A stretch of 64,000 nucleotides of DNA from positions 39 through 64,038 of the forward strand of contig JACOYE010000011.1 of assembly GCA_016182045.1 (NCBI GenBank), in the 5' to 3' direction. Under the pieces are notes generated by a model that worked only from the letters and a program-made list of their open reading frames with translations, was not told the DNA's origin and ran no database searches. The position numbers were made by a program, and so were the translations under genes. Positions 47,809 to 58,108 of this stretch are shown here, in pieces (position 1 is the first letter of the stretch; each line of letters opens with the position of its first letter). Source of the DNA: Candidatus Microgenomates bacterium (GTDB lineage Bacteria > Patescibacteriota > Microgenomatia > Daviesbacterales > UBA10151).

Positions 47809-49146
47809 ATGCCAGAAGCCAGAAGAGGTTCTTATATCCCCAACTCAGACACTGATAGTGAGGACATGCTAAGAGCTATTGAGGTTGATGATTTAGACGA
47901 TCTATTTAAAGACATTCCCCCACAACATCGTAATCCACCTTTAAACTTACCTCCTCCACTTTCAGAACTGGAACTTAGGCGTGAAATGGAAGATATTGCC
48001 AGCCGTAATATCTCTTTAGATGGTAAAATGCCCAGTTTTTTGGGAGGAGGTAGGTATAGACACTATATACCTGCTGCAGTTGATCATATTGTCGGAAATC
48101 CCAGTATTTACACAAGTTATACTCCTTATCAAGCTGAGGTAAGTCAGGGTAATCTTTGGGCTACTTTTGAACTTCAATCCATATTACATAATCTTTTAGG
48201 CAATCTACCTGTTGTTACTGCAGGTCATTATAGTGGAGCTACAGCTGCAGCAGAGGGTGTTCTAATGACTCACAGGATGAAAAGAGATCGAAATGTAGTT
48301 ATGATGTTTGATGATGTCAGTCCAGAGATTCAAGGAGTGATTGAAACCTATTGTTATAGTGCTGGCATTGAAATTAGTACTGTTTCTGCAAATAATCCTC
48401 CAGAGGTAAAAGATAATGTGGCCAGTGTAGTTATTCAAAATCCTAACTTTTTTGGTTATTTTAGGGAAAATTTGGCAGAGTGGGTAGAAACTGCACATCA
48501 AGCAGGTGCTTATGTGATTGCCTCTCAAGATCCAATGGCTTGTGGTTTATTTAAACCTGCTTTTGAGTATGGGGTAGATGTAGTGGTAGGTGATGGACAA
48601 CCTTTGGGCATACCATTAAACTTTGGTGGACCATCGTATGGTATTTTTGCCTGCACTGAGGAGTTTTTACATGCCAGGCAGGTACCTGGTCGACTTGTAG
48701 GCAGAACTAAAGATAGTAAAGGACGCGATTGTGTTGTTTTAATAATGACTACTCGAGAACAGCATATTAAAAGAGCACGGGCCACATCCAATATCACTAC
48801 CAATTCAGCACATAATGGTTTTAGGATGGCTGCTTACTTGGCCCTGATGGGATCATATGGGCTCAATAAGGCAGCAGAGCTATCTTTTCAGAAGGCACAT
48901 TATGCTGCAAGGCAAATAGATGGATTGGAAGATTATAGTGTGTTGCCTGGGCGTTTCTTTAAAGAATTCGTAGTGCAGTGTCCTATTGAACCCGTCCAAG
49001 TAAACCAGAAATTATATGAAGCAGGAATCATTGGCGGGATAGATGTGAGCGATCGGATACCCAACGGTTTACTTATTTGCGTAACTGAGATGAATACCAA
49101 GGAAGAGATTGATTGGTTGGTTCAAGAATTAGCCAAGATAAGGTAA
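47809..49146 (+). CDS. gcvPA: Glycine dehydrogenase (decarboxylating) subunit 1
   Basis: 445 aa N-terminal P-protein subunit. Followed by subunit 2. Confidence 0.9.
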   Translation: MPEARRGSYIPNSDTDSEDMLRAIEVDDLDDLFKDIPPQHRNPPLNLPPPLSELELRREMEDIASRNISLDGKMPSFLGGGRYRHYIPAAVDHIVGNPSIYTSYTPYQAEVSQGNLWATFELQSILHNLLGNLPVVTAGHYSGATAAAEGVLMTHRMKRDRNVVMMFDDVSPEIQGVIETYCYSAGIEISTVSANNPPEVKDNVASVVIQNPNFFGYFRENLAEWVETAHQAGAYVIASQDPMACGLFKPAFEYGVDVVVGDGQPLGIPLNFGGPSYGIFACTEEFLHARQVPGRLVGRTKDSKGRDCVVLIMTTREQHIKRARATSNITTNSAHNGFRMAAYLALMGSYGLNKAAELSFQKAHYAARQIDGLEDYSVLPGRFFKEFVVQCPIEPVQVNQKLYEAGIIGGIDVSDRIPNGLLICVTEMNTKEEIDWLVQELAKIR

Positions 49147-49154
49147 TTGAAACT

Positions 49155-50609
49155 ATGCCAGTTGAAACAAAGTTGCTGATTGAGATGAGTGTTCCTGGAA
49201 GAGGGAGAAGAGATTATCTTCCAGAATCCGACGTTCCTGAAACATCGCTTGATGAATATCAAGATCTAATTAGAAATAAAGATAGTTTAATTTTGCCAGA
49301 TGTAGCAGAGAGTGATGCTATTCGCCACTTTGAATATTTAGGCAGCTTAAACTACAGCATAGACAGAGGAGTATATCCTTTGGGTAGTTGTACCATGAAG
49401 TACAACCCAAGAGTCAATGAAACATTAGCCAATTTACCTGGATTTACTCATCTTCATCCAAATCAACCCATGGAAACTGTTCAGGGTGCTCTTCAAGTAA
49501 TGTATGAGCTTCAGAGATATCTTGCCGAAATTACTGGTATGTACGCAGTTTCACTGGATCCAAAAGCTGGAGCTCATGGGGAGTTAACAGGCATACTAAT
49601 GATCAAGAAATATCACGAAAGTCGAGGTGAAGGTGCTAAACGACGTAAGATATTAATACCTGATTCGGCCCACGGGACTAATCCTGCAACTGCAGCCATG
49701 GCAGATTATGAGGAAGTGACCTTACCATCAGATATTAATGGTAATGTGAATCTTGATGAGTTAAGAAAGCTTATGACTGAGAAAGTGGCTGGGATAATGA
49801 TGACGTTACCCAGCACATTAGGACTTTTTGACCCCAATATTTTAGAGATTACTCAGATAGTGCACGAAAAAGGAGGCCTCGTTTATGGAGACGGTGCTAA
49901 CCAGAATGCAACTATGGGTAAGGCTAAATTTGGTGAATTGGGTTTTGATGTAGTCCATTTAAATCTACATAAAACATTTAGTACACCGCATGGAGGTGGG
50001 GGGCCTGGTGCTGGACCAGTAGCCTGTAAGGAACATTTAGCGCCGTTCCTCCCATCTCCAATTGTAGAAAAAATGGATGATTCTTACCTTTTTATAAAAC
50101 CAGACAACACCATAGGAAAGATAGGTGAATATTATGGTAATTTTGCAATGGTTGTTAGAGCCTATGCTTATATTCGTGCTCATGGCGAAGAAGGTTTGCG
50201 ATCAGTAAGCGAGTATGCAGTACTGAATGCCAATTATTTATTAAGCCTACTTCAAGATGATTATTACCTTAAGTTTAAGAGACGCTGTATGCATGAGTTT
50301 GTACTTTCAGGTATCCGCCAAAAGGCCAAAAATGTCAGCACTATGGATATTGTGAAGAGACTTATGGATTATGGTTTCCACCCCCCAACTGTCTATTTTC
50401 CTCAGAAGCAGATAGTACCAGAGGCGCTGATGATTGAGCCAACAGAAACAGAATCTAAAGACAGCTTGGATGCTTTTGCAAAAGCGCTGATAGCAATTAA
50501 CAAAGAGGTTGATGAAAATCCAGAGATAGTGCGAACAGCACCTCATACTACCCAGATAGGTCGGCCTGATGAAAGTTCTGCCAGTCGTAATCCTGATATT
50601 CATTGGTAA
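49155..50609 (+). CDS. gcvPB: Glycine dehydrogenase (decarboxylating) subunit 2 (start at MPVETKLL)
   Basis: PLP-lysine region NLHKTFSTPHGGGGPG. Confidence 0.9.
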   Translation: MPVETKLLIEMSVPGRGRRDYLPESDVPETSLDEYQDLIRNKDSLILPDVAESDAIRHFEYLGSLNYSIDRGVYPLGSCTMKYNPRVNETLANLPGFTHLHPNQPMETVQGALQVMYELQRYLAEITGMYAVSLDPKAGAHGELTGILMIKKYHESRGEGAKRRKILIPDSAHGTNPATAAMADYEEVTLPSDINGNVNLDELRKLMTEKVAGIMMTLPSTLGLFDPNILEITQIVHEKGGLVYGDGANQNATMGKAKFGELGFDVVHLNLHKTFSTPHGGGGPGAGPVACKEHLAPFLPSPIVEKMDDSYLFIKPDNTIGKIGEYYGNFAMVVRAYAYIRAHGEEGLRSVSEYAVLNANYLLSLLQDDYYLKFKRRCMHEFVLSGIRQKAKNVSTMDIVKRLMDYGFHPPTVYFPQKQIVPEALMIEPTETESKDSLDAFAKALIAINKEVDENPEIVRTAPHTTQIGRPDESSASRNPDIHW

Positions 50610-50700
50610 TTTCCTCAAACTTAATGCTGGGTAGGGCGGCCTTGACTTCAAGTTAGTAAAAAGGTTAAAATACAATCTGTTAATATTCAAAGGACCGGAA

Positions 50701-50727
50701 AGGTGGGCTAGTCCCACCTTTTTAATT
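50701..50727 (+). terminator. Rho-independent terminator after gcvPB
   Basis: aggtggg-ctagt-cccacct followed by ttttaatt. Confidence 0.6.
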
Positions 50728-50730
50728 ATT

Positions 50731-51981
50731 ATGGCTCAGGCACGAACAGAGTTCGCAGCTGCTTTAAATCAAATAGCCTCTGAAAAAGGGGTGGATGTGG
50801 AGGTGGTTTTGGATGCCATCCGTCAGGCTGCCTTGGCTGCCTATAAAAAAGATCTAGTATTAAGAAATGAAATTGTGCCTGATGATTTTGAAGAATTTAC
50901 CTCTGAAGTTAACCCTGTCAGTGGGGAAATAACCATCTTACATAAAGATAAAAATGTCACCCCTTCGGGTTTCGCCAGAATAGCCGCCTCAATTGCCAAA
51001 CAAGTGATTATGCAACGGCTTAATGAGGCTGAAAGAGGTGCTATACTCTCAGAATACTCAAATAAAGTTGGCACAGTGATATCCGGGTCTATCCAAAGAC
51101 AGGAAGGTTCAACCTTCTTTGTTGATTTGGGAAGAGCCGAGGGAGTATTACCTCCTTCCGAACAAGTTCACACAGAAATTTACAGCCAAAATCAAAGGAT
51201 GAAATTTTATGTCAAAGAAATAAGAGAAGGCGGGCGGGGTTCGGAGGTGATTGTTTCCAGGTCTGATCCAAATTTGGTTAAGGCTCTATTTGCTTTAGAA
51301 GTGCCGGAAATTCAATCAGGAGCAGTTGAAGTGAAAGTGATTGCCAGAGAGGCTGGTTCAAGAACTAAAATTGCAGCTGTCTCAACCCAAGAAGGTGTTG
51401 ATCCTGTTGGGTCTCTGGTTGGACAAAAAGGAGTCAGGGTTCAAGCTGTAATGAGTGAGTTGGGGGAGGAAAAGATTGATATTATCAGCTATTCGGATGA
51501 TCCAGCCAGATTTATAGCTGCAGCGCTATCTCCTGCCAAAGATATTCAGGTTAAATTAAATGAGGCTGACAAGGTGGTAACCGTGATCGTTCCTTCATCT
51601 CAATTATCTCTGGCCATTGGGAAAGGTGGACAAAATGTCAGATTGGCTGCCAAATTGACTGGATGGAAAATAGATATAGTGGGAGCTGAGGAACCCGCCT
51701 CCGCTGACTCGGCCTCCGTAGCCACTTCGGCGAAGGAAGCAGCTACGGCGGGCAAGCCAGCAGCTGAAGCTGTGGAAGAAAAAGCTGAGGGTGAAATTGA
51801 GACTGTGGGTACTGGAGAAAGGAAAGAGAGGCCTGGTACTGCGCCAGCTCCAGCTCAGGCTACATCAGATGATCCAAAAGCTGCTCAAGATATTGAAAAA
51901 GATAAGAAATCCGCCGACGCTAAAGCTATGGCGGACAAGAAAGCTGATAAAAAGAGTAAAGCCAGTAAAGAATCTAAGTAA
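50731..51981 (+). CDS. nusA: Transcription termination/antitermination factor NusA with long Ala/Lys/Glu-rich C-terminal tail
   Basis: NusA N-terminal domain, S1 and two KH domains (LAIGKGGQNVRLAAKLTGWKIDI). Confidence 0.9.
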   Translation: MAQARTEFAAALNQIASEKGVDVEVVLDAIRQAALAAYKKDLVLRNEIVPDDFEEFTSEVNPVSGEITILHKDKNVTPSGFARIAASIAKQVIMQRLNEAERGAILSEYSNKVGTVISGSIQRQEGSTFFVDLGRAEGVLPPSEQVHTEIYSQNQRMKFYVKEIREGGRGSEVIVSRSDPNLVKALFALEVPEIQSGAVEVKVIAREAGSRTKIAAVSTQEGVDPVGSLVGQKGVRVQAVMSELGEEKIDIISYSDDPARFIAAALSPAKDIQVKLNEADKVVTVIVPSSQLSLAIGKGGQNVRLAAKLTGWKIDIVGAEEPASADSASVATSAKEAATAGKPAAEAVEEKAEGEIETVGTGERKERPGTAPAPAQATSDDPKAAQDIEKDKKSADAKAMADKKADKKSKASKESK

Positions 51982-52001
51982 TATGGAAAGGGTTTTTTAT
52001 T

Positions 52002-53456
52002 ATGGAACAAACACGACCACCTATTGTAACTATCCTTGGCCATGTTGATCATGGTAAAACCACATTGCTTGACTTTATAAGAAAATCCTCTGTTGCATCT
52101 CGTGAACATGGAGGTATAACCCAACATATTGGGGCATATCAGCTTGAACATGATGGTAAATTGATTACTTTTATTGATACCCCTGGCCATGCTGCCTTTG
52201 AAAAAATGCGCTCCCGAGGTGCCCAGGTAGCAGACATTGCTGTTTTGGTGGTGGCAGTAGATGATGGAATCATGCCTCAGACAGTTGAGGCCATCAAGCA
52301 TATTCAAGAAGCTAAGGTATCAATGATAGTGGCTGTTAACAAAATTGATCTGCCGGGCATAGATATTAAAGTCTCCTTAGAAAAAATTAAAAAACAATTA
52401 TCTGATAGAGATATAAATATTGAAGAATATGGTGGAGATGTTCCATTAGTTTCTTTATCTGCCAAAACTGGCGAGGGGGTAGATAAGCTTTTAGAGGTGA
52501 TACTTTTGGTGGCAGAATTGCATGAGCTAAAAGGAGATCCACAAACTCAACCTGTTGGTGTGGTGATTGAATCAAATTTGGATAAGTTTAAAGGGTCTGT
52601 GGCAACACTACTTATCAGAAATGGAACCCTTAAAAAGGGTGATCAGATCATGGTTGGTGGAGTTAAGGGAAAAGTGAGAGGGATGTTTGATTGGGATGGT
52701 AAAAGTGTGGAATCTGCTGGACCATCTATGCCTGTTGAGGTATTAGGTTTGGAGGCAGTTTTAGAGGTGGGAGCAGTGTTGGGAGAAGAAGTGAAAAGTG
52801 GTCAGGGAAAAGGGAAAAGTGAAACACAAAATCTGGTGGATAGATTGAGAGAGGGTGGAAAGAAAACTCTCAAGGTTATCATTAAAGCTGACAAGCAGGG
52901 GTCTTTGGAGGCTATCAAGACCTCTTTAGAAAAATATAACGAGGAGAGAGAAGTTGTCAACTTTATCTTTACAGGCACAGGAGAGATTGGCGAGGAAAAT
53001 GTCAAGCTGGCAGCAACTGTTGGGGCAATTGTGGTGGGTTTTAATGTGAAAGTAGCTCCTCAAACTCAAAGACTAGCTGAGAATGAGCATGTGCTGATTC
53101 GAACCTACAATATTATATATGAGTTGTTAGAAGATATAGAGGAAGTAGTTAATACTTTGCTTGAGGTAGGACAATTGGAGGAAGTTTTAGGGAAAGCCAA
53201 TATTATTGCCGAATTTCCCTATGGAAAAGCAGAGAGAGTTGCTGGATGTAGGATTTTGGAGGGAACAATTGCCAAGGGACAAAGGATTAGAGTCGTTCGT
53301 GATGGCACAACTATTGGTGAAACCAAACTTAAATCCTTAAGAAAAGTTAAAGAAGAGGTTAATAAGGTAGAGAAAGGTTCTGATTGCGGAATATTATTTG
53401 ATCCCCAAATAGATTTTCAAATTGGGGATATAGTGGAAAGCTTTAGGGTAATTTAA
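52002..53456 (+). CDS. infB: Translation initiation factor IF-2 (short form lacking N-terminal extension)
   Basis: [27 protein letters not shown] and NKIDL. 484 aa. Confidence 0.9.
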   Translation: MEQTRPPIVTILGHVDHGKTTLLDFIRKSSVASREHGGITQHIGAYQLEHDGKLITFIDTPGHAAFEKMRSRGAQVADIAVLVVAVDDGIMPQTVEAIKHIQEAKVSMIVAVNKIDLPGIDIKVSLEKIKKQLSDRDINIEEYGGDVPLVSLSAKTGEGVDKLLEVILLVAELHELKGDPQTQPVGVVIESNLDKFKGSVATLLIRNGTLKKGDQIMVGGVKGKVRGMFDWDGKSVESAGPSMPVEVLGLEAVLEVGAVLGEEVKSGQGKGKSETQNLVDRLREGGKKTLKVIIKADKQGSLEAIKTSLEKYNEEREVVNFIFTGTGEIGEENVKLAATVGAIVVGFNVKVAPQTQRLAENEHVLIRTYNIIYELLEDIEEVVNTLLEVGQLEEVLGKANIIAEFPYGKAERVAGCRILEGTIAKGQRIRVVRDGTTIGETKLKSLRKVKEEVNKVEKGSDCGILFDPQIDFQIGDIVESFRVI

Positions 53457-54591
53457 GAGATGGAGCTCTCCATAATGGTCTACAAAGTGATAGCCACTCT
53501 GAGCTAAAAGGGCCTATGTTTGATCTCCATGAAAATACTCCACTGCCTTGATGTACCAATAAACCTTTATTTTTTGCTGCTTCGAAGATGCTATCATTAA
53601 TATCAAATATTGCTAAATCTTCAGGTGATAAAAGGTTTCTATATTTCATTGTTCCAAATGCAGGTGCAGTATGCCAATGTCCGCTACAATCGAGATCATC
53701 ACCAACCTTAGCGAATGCCTCTAGTTGGTCTATAGGAGGAACAGTTGAATTGGTGAAATACACAGCATTTGCACTGAAATATAAATGTGGTGCTATATCT
53801 TGAATGTTGGGTGCCATGATTTCATATCTATCTAAGACTGCCTCTGCCAGTGTCTTTTGATGTTCTCTTATATATAGTAGGTGAGAAAATTCTTTAGCTA
53901 GTATCAATTTTTTGGCTATATTGGAGGCATAGATGAAACTATTATCCAACCTTACTTCTTCAATTAATGCTTCATCCACTCTGGCTATAACAGTTTTTGT
54001 TTCTTCTCCAGTATGCCTGTCAACTACTGTGGTTTCTACTCCAACTCCTTGTCCACCTATATCTATTGAGCCAAGAGCACGAGTAGTATTTAATAAATTT
54101 GTTAATCTTACCTTCATAGGTTCTGATCCATTATATAAAGGTATAAATCTTTGTAACTGATCAGGATTAGTTTGAGAAAGTACAATAAGTTCGCCTACCT
54201 CTGAAAACCCAGGTAAATCAGAAGATTGCGAGATATCATGACCCATTGCGATAACTAACTCTTTTGGAAAATATCTATCTTTGTATCTACCCCAATCTCT
54301 ATATGGATTATCACTTTGGGCACTTAATTTATCAAGTAGGATTTTGCCGCTAATCCCTAAGGCTGAAGCTGCAGCTGCTCCTCCTATAACCCTTCCTAAA
54401 AGCAACAAAAACTTTCTTCTGCCTGGATCTTTTGGATGATCGTTCCTGTTTTGTACTGAGCTGATTCTATCTCTTTGCTCCCTCTGTTTGCGAGCCCTAG
54501 AAAATTCCAGAATAGAACTATCTAAGGGGTTTATAAATCCGCCGGTTTCAATCATGAAGAGTATTATAATATGTACCCTATAATAAATCAA
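53443..54591 (-). CDS. Hypothetical exported protein with twin-arginine-like signal (RRKFLLLLGRVIGGAAAASALG)
   Basis: Tat-like N-terminus. No catalytic family recognised. Convergent 14-nt overlap with the infB end. Confidence 0.35.
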   Translation of the reverse strand: MIYYRVHIIILFMIETGGFINPLDSSILEFSRARKQREQRDRISSVQNRNDHPKDPGRRKFLLLLGRVIGGAAAASALGISGKILLDKLSAQSDNPYRDWGRYKDRYFPKELVIAMGHDISQSSDLPGFSEVGELIVLSQTNPDQLQRFIPLYNGSEPMKVRLTNLLNTTRALGSIDIGGQGVGVETTVVDRHTGEETKTVIARVDEALIEEVRLDNSFIYASNIAKKLILAKEFSHLLYIREHQKTLAEAVLDRYEIMAPNIQDIAPHLYFSANAVYFTNSTVPPIDQLEAFAKVGDDLDCSGHWHTAPAFGTMKYRNLLSPEDLAIFDINDSIFEAAKNKGLLVHQGSGVFSWRSNIGPFSSEWLSLCRPLWRAPSLKLP

Positions 54592-54789
54592 ATGACTAAT
54601 TTGTTGAGGCTACACACCCGGTGTGTAAAGCTAATTATACCGGGTTTGTAATTTATCCAATCAAGGTGTTTTGAGCACAAAATATTCTAAAAATCCCGAG
54701 GTGTAGCTACATTTCTACCTCCGAGGTGGAATGTTGGAGGCGTAATACTGAAATTGACATAATTATGTTTTTATGCTTCAATATAAGTA

Positions 54790-55056
54790 ATGAATTACGC
54801 AAGAACAACGCTCACTTTAGATGAGAATATTTTAAGAGAAGCTAAAAAATTGGCAGCGGATCAGAGAAAACCCCTGAAAAGAATTGTGGAAGCTGCCCTA
54901 AAAACTTATATTGAACAAAAAGGGAATACAAAGAAATTAACTCTGACTGATTTTCCTGTCTTTAATCTAGGACAGATAAATGAAAAATTAACTGGAAGAA
55001 GAAATCTATATAGCGATTATCTTAATAGTAAATTTCCTGCTGATAAAAAGTTATAA
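54790..55056 (+). CDS. VapB-like antitoxin (small DNA-binding protein) of a VapBC module
   Basis: 88 aa. Its stop abuts the PIN gene start (taaatg). Confidence 0.5.
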   Translation: MNYARTTLTLDENILREAKKLAADQRKPLKRIVEAALKTYIEQKGNTKKLTLTDFPVFNLGQINEKLTGRRNLYSDYLNSKFPADKKL

Positions 55057-55497
55057 ATGTATCTTTTGGATTCCAATATTTTAATTTATGCTCATAATTT
55101 AGCATCACCTTTCCATAAAACTGTTCGTTCATTAGTGGGCGAGGTTTTAGCTGGAAGAATTGAGGGTTGTGTATCTTTTCAAAATCTTTATGAACTTTAC
55201 TCAATAATTACAGATTCAAAAAGGGTTGAAAAACCATTATCAGTTAAAGATGCCAGAAAAATTTTACTTCTCTACTTGAAAGCAGACAATTTTCCTAAAA
55301 TTTATTCTAAAAACACAAATCTAGCTGTAACTTTAGAATTGTTGAAATCTGCTGATATTAAAAAACAGCAAATTTTTGATTTAATCCTGGTAGCGACTAT
55401 GATTGAAAATGAAGTTAAAGGAATTTATACAGCTGATGAAACATTTTTTAAAAAGTTTAAATTTTTAGAAGTGATAAATCCTTTTAAAGATAGTTAA
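55057..55497 (+). CDS. vapC: PIN-domain toxin VapC
   Basis: MYLLDSNILIYA... with conserved acidic residues (D5, E, D-ETF near the C-terminus). Confidence 0.75.
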   Translation: MYLLDSNILIYAHNLASPFHKTVRSLVGEVLAGRIEGCVSFQNLYELYSIITDSKRVEKPLSVKDARKILLLYLKADNFPKIYSKNTNLAVTLELLKSADIKKQQIFDLILVATMIENEVKGIYTADETFFKKFKFLEVINPFKDS

Positions 55498-55521
55498 GAA
55501 TTATCTAATCAAATTTTCAGA

Positions 55522-55558
55522 TAGGTGATGGAGTGGAATCTTTCAGGGTAATTTGATT
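55522..55558 (+). pseudogene. Orphan duplicate of the infB 3-prime end (encodes QIGDGVESFRVI*)
   Basis: The true infB ends [12 protein letters not shown] at 53421-53456. This 12-codon copy lies 2 kb downstream, directly before the DHH-like gene. It differs at synonymous sites, including Ser AGC vs TCT. Confidence 0.5.
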
Positions 55559-55595
55559 TGCAATTATGGGATAGTTATAGTAGAATTCAAGCACA

Positions 55596-56675
55596 GTGAA
55601 ATACGATAGTCAAATTAGTGAGCTTAAAAATTTACTGCCTACTGCTAAATCTGTTTTGATTGCCCTGCCTGTTGGAGCTGACATAGATAAATTGGCAGCA
55701 GCCCTTGCATTATTTTTAGTGCTTGAAGCGTCTGGTAAAGAAGTAACAGTTGTTTCTGATGATACCATTACCGTGGGTCAATCACATCTTTTCGGAGTAG
55801 ATCATATCTCAAAAAATCTTCCCTCTGGTCAAGGTGGTAATTTAACCTTAACTTTAGAGGGGGTAGCCTCCTCAAATGGTACCATTCCAGCCTTGGAAAA
55901 ATTGGATTGGTATGCCCAAAATAATAATTTAAATTTGGTTTTCCATGTTATTGCAGGTCAAATGTTTCGACCCTCAAGAATTGTGTCACATTATCAAGGC
56001 AGTGGTTTTAATTTAAATTTTGTGGTGGGAGCAGCCAATTTGGACAGCTTAGGCTCAATTTATAAGCAAAACTCCGACAGTTTTTCCGGTGTACATATTG
56101 TCAATATTGATAATCAAGGCAATACCGGCTTTGGTACTACCAATATTTTGGATACCAATGCCTCATCTATATCTGACATAATGGCTAATTTAATTATTGA
56201 TCTTGGTTTGAACTTGGATGCAGATGCTGCCTCAAACCTTTTAACAGGAATTTTTGATGCTACCAACAATTTATCGGATCCAAGAATTTCTGCAGATACA
56301 TATATGGTGGTGGCTAACTTATTAAGAGCAGGAGGGAAAAAGCCCTTCGACTCCAGTTCGGCTTCGCTCACTGCAGGCGCTCAGGGCAGGCCAGCCACAC
56401 CACAAGCTCCCCGGCCAGATTTATCTGCTTTGATTCCACCAGAACTTCCGTTGGTCAGTGAGATGTCAACACAACCAGTGGCTGAATTCACCCCGATCCC
56501 GATAGAATCGGGACCGATTGAATCGGGGTTCACCACCCCACCTGTGGTGTCCCAACCAGCCGGGAATAATCGACCCTCTCCTGAGGAAAGACCTGTACAG
56601 GAGGGTGTAGTCTCCGAAACCATTGAACCGGAATGGCTAACCCCCAAAATCTTTAAAGGTACATCACTGGGGTAA
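55596..56675 (+). CDS. DHH-superfamily (NrnA-like) protein with degenerate catalytic motifs and Pro-rich C-terminal tail
   Basis: NrnA-like N-terminus (SVLIALPVGADIDKLAAALAL) but DHH reduced to DHI and no GGGH. It contains an in-frame family 2 GC-rich element. Confidence 0.4.
   Translation: MKYDSQISELKNLLPTAKSVLIALPVGADIDKLAAALALFLVLEASGKEVTVVSDDTITVGQSHLFGVDHISKNLPSGQGGNLTLTLEGVASSNGTIPALEKLDWYAQNNNLNLVFHVIAGQMFRPSRIVSHYQGSGFNLNFVVGAANLDSLGSIYKQNSDSFSGVHIVNIDNQGNTGFGTTNILDTNASSISDIMANLIIDLGLNLDADAASNLLTGIFDATNNLSDPRISADTYMVVANLLRAGGKKPFDSSSASLTAGAQGRPATPQAPRPDLSALIPPELPLVSEMSTQPVAEFTPIPIESGPIESGFTTPPVVSQPAGNNRPSPEERPVQEGVVSETIEPEWLTPKIFKGTSLG
56343..56388. repeat. GC-rich palindromic element, family 2-like, in-frame in the DHH-like gene
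   Basis: cccttcgactccagttcggcttcgctcactgcaggcgctcaggg. Confidence 0.5.
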
Positions 56676-56685
56676 GATTTAGCTT

Positions 56686-57261
56686 ATGGCATTCAGGGAA
56701 CAAAAAAAATTTGGAGAAGAATTTAATCCATTTACAGGCTTAAGAAAATTAAAAGGACCAAAAACAGATGATGTAGTGGGTAGATCGAGGGGGTTTATCT
56801 TAGAAAATGCAATAGAAGGTTGTGTAGTAATTGGTAGAGAAGCACATATTTTTGATAATGATGCTGCAAGTCTACTTTCTGTAGAAGAAAAAAATGTAAT
56901 TATACGACCATTTAGTGCAGCACTCGGAACATTGTTTGTCCTCCTAGAGATTTTAAAAGAGACAACTCCCTTAGATATTACTTGTCAAATTAGAGTAGAA
57001 GATGTAGTGCTGATAGGGAGAAATGATTGGGTTTGGGACAATACAGCTGATAGGGAGCAAGGGGGGTTATTTAGTAGGTTTTTTATACCCGGCAATTATG
57101 ATATCTATACTCAGTTAGTGGTTGATACAGATCTAAAAAACCCAAACAGTACGTTGCATAGAATGCAGTTTAAATTTAATATTAAGTCCCTACCAGAAGA
57201 GTTAATAAATAGGCATAATACAACTGCATTTTCATATTACGTGTTTGTACCCTTGATGTAA
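56686..57261 (+). CDS. Hypothetical protein
   Basis: 191-aa ORF, no family recognised. Confidence 0.3.
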   Translation: MAFREQKKFGEEFNPFTGLRKLKGPKTDDVVGRSRGFILENAIEGCVVIGREAHIFDNDAASLLSVEEKNVIIRPFSAALGTLFVLLEILKETTPLDITCQIRVEDVVLIGRNDWVWDNTADREQGGLFSRFFIPGNYDIYTQLVVDTDLKNPNSTLHRMQFKFNIKSLPEELINRHNTTAFSYYVFVPLM

Positions 57262-57305
57262 ACCTGATTTGATTGTACCATTTCATTGTACGATCGCACA
57301 CCAAA

Positions 57306-57410
57306 ATGGTTAAGATGCCACTTGATCCAAAAATAAAGCAGAAGATCATTAAAGAGTTTGCTACCAAGAGCGGTGATGCTAAATACCCATGCCGGGTATG
57401 GGTTAAGTAG
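57306..57410 (+). pseudogene. Orphan 5-prime fragment paralogous to rpsO ([28 protein letters not shown]...)
   Basis: 20 of the first 22 residues are identical to the true S15 N-terminus ([21 protein letters not shown] at 58109). About 78% nt identity, with mostly synonymous differences. It then diverges and stops. Confidence 0.55.
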
Positions 57411-57440
57411 ACATGCCAGGATTATCTAAGCTGTGTTGTT

Positions 57441-57830
57441 TCACTCTTCCCCACTAATTATTGTCATTTTTCCAAATAGGGATTTTTTGGTGGATTTATT
57501 TAAAAGAGAGGTTAATTTTTTATCAATCTGATCGAGTGTTAGATTTGGAGATACACCAATTACACCAGTTGATCTACTTGTTGATACTAAAGGTTTGAAG
57601 TGTTTAATATTGAGAGTGACAAGAATTCTTTCTTCCTGTTTGGCAAGATCATAAACTTTTGTATCAGAAGATGCGCCTTGTTTATAGTCTCCAGCAACAT
57701 GTTTGACATCAAATCTGCTGTTTGTAACAGGTAAATCTTTTCTATAGTAGAACCCTTCATCAAGCAGCAACTTGTGTTTGTAAAATTTCCGGGGCATCTT
57801 TAGCAGAGCTGAGCTTTTCAACCAATTCAT
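57441..57830 (-). CDS. DUF5615 (Mut7-C/PIN-like) putative toxin
   Basis: KLLLDEGFY...DVKHVAG...ERILVTLNIKHF, paired with the upstream DUF433 gene. Confidence 0.55.
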   Translation of the reverse strand: MNWLKSSALLKMPRKFYKHKLLLDEGFYYRKDLPVTNSRFDVKHVAGDYKQGASSDTKVYDLAKQEERILVTLNIKHFKPLVSTSRSTGVIGVSPNLTLDQIDKKLTSLLNKSTKKSLFGKMTIISGEE

Positions 57831-58002
57831 TGACAGCGCCCTTTATAGTTCTTAAAGATACCCAAGGATATCCTTCTTGAATTGATTCAATAGTATGACC
57901 TTCTTTGAGGCGTGCTACGATCACTGCTATTGGTATTCTGGTACCAACTATACAAGGTGCACCACCCATAATATCAGGTTTGGAGGTGATATACTTTTTC
58001 AT
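57760..58002 (-). CDS. DUF433 putative antitoxin
   Basis: KPDIMGGAPCIVGTRIPIAVIVARLKEGHTIESIQEGYPWVSLRTIKGA matches DUF433. Confidence 0.6.
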   Translation of the reverse strand: MKKYITSKPDIMGGAPCIVGTRIPIAVIVARLKEGHTIESIQEGYPWVSLRTIKGAVNELVEKLSSAKDAPEILQTQVAA

Positions 58003-58108
58003 GCTGTCATCATAGCATAACCTTGCATATTTTAAAAGTTTCTGGTAGAATACAGCAAATGTGAATTAAGGACGACTTTGGCATCAAAGTTGTTCCAGAA
58101 AGGTTTAG

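Noticed and set aside
52002-53456. Short IF-2 (484 aa) as a truncated pseudogene
   Set aside because: The G domain through the C-terminal beta-barrels are intact and the gene follows nusA. Short IF-2 forms lacking the N-terminal extension are normal in small genomes.
41358-57298. 13-14 nt match cattgtacgatcg (57283) vs its reverse complement near 41362
   Set aside because: By rough estimate (the number of position pairs is about the window length squared), tens of chance 13-mer matches are expected in a 64-kb AT-rich window. Not significant alone.
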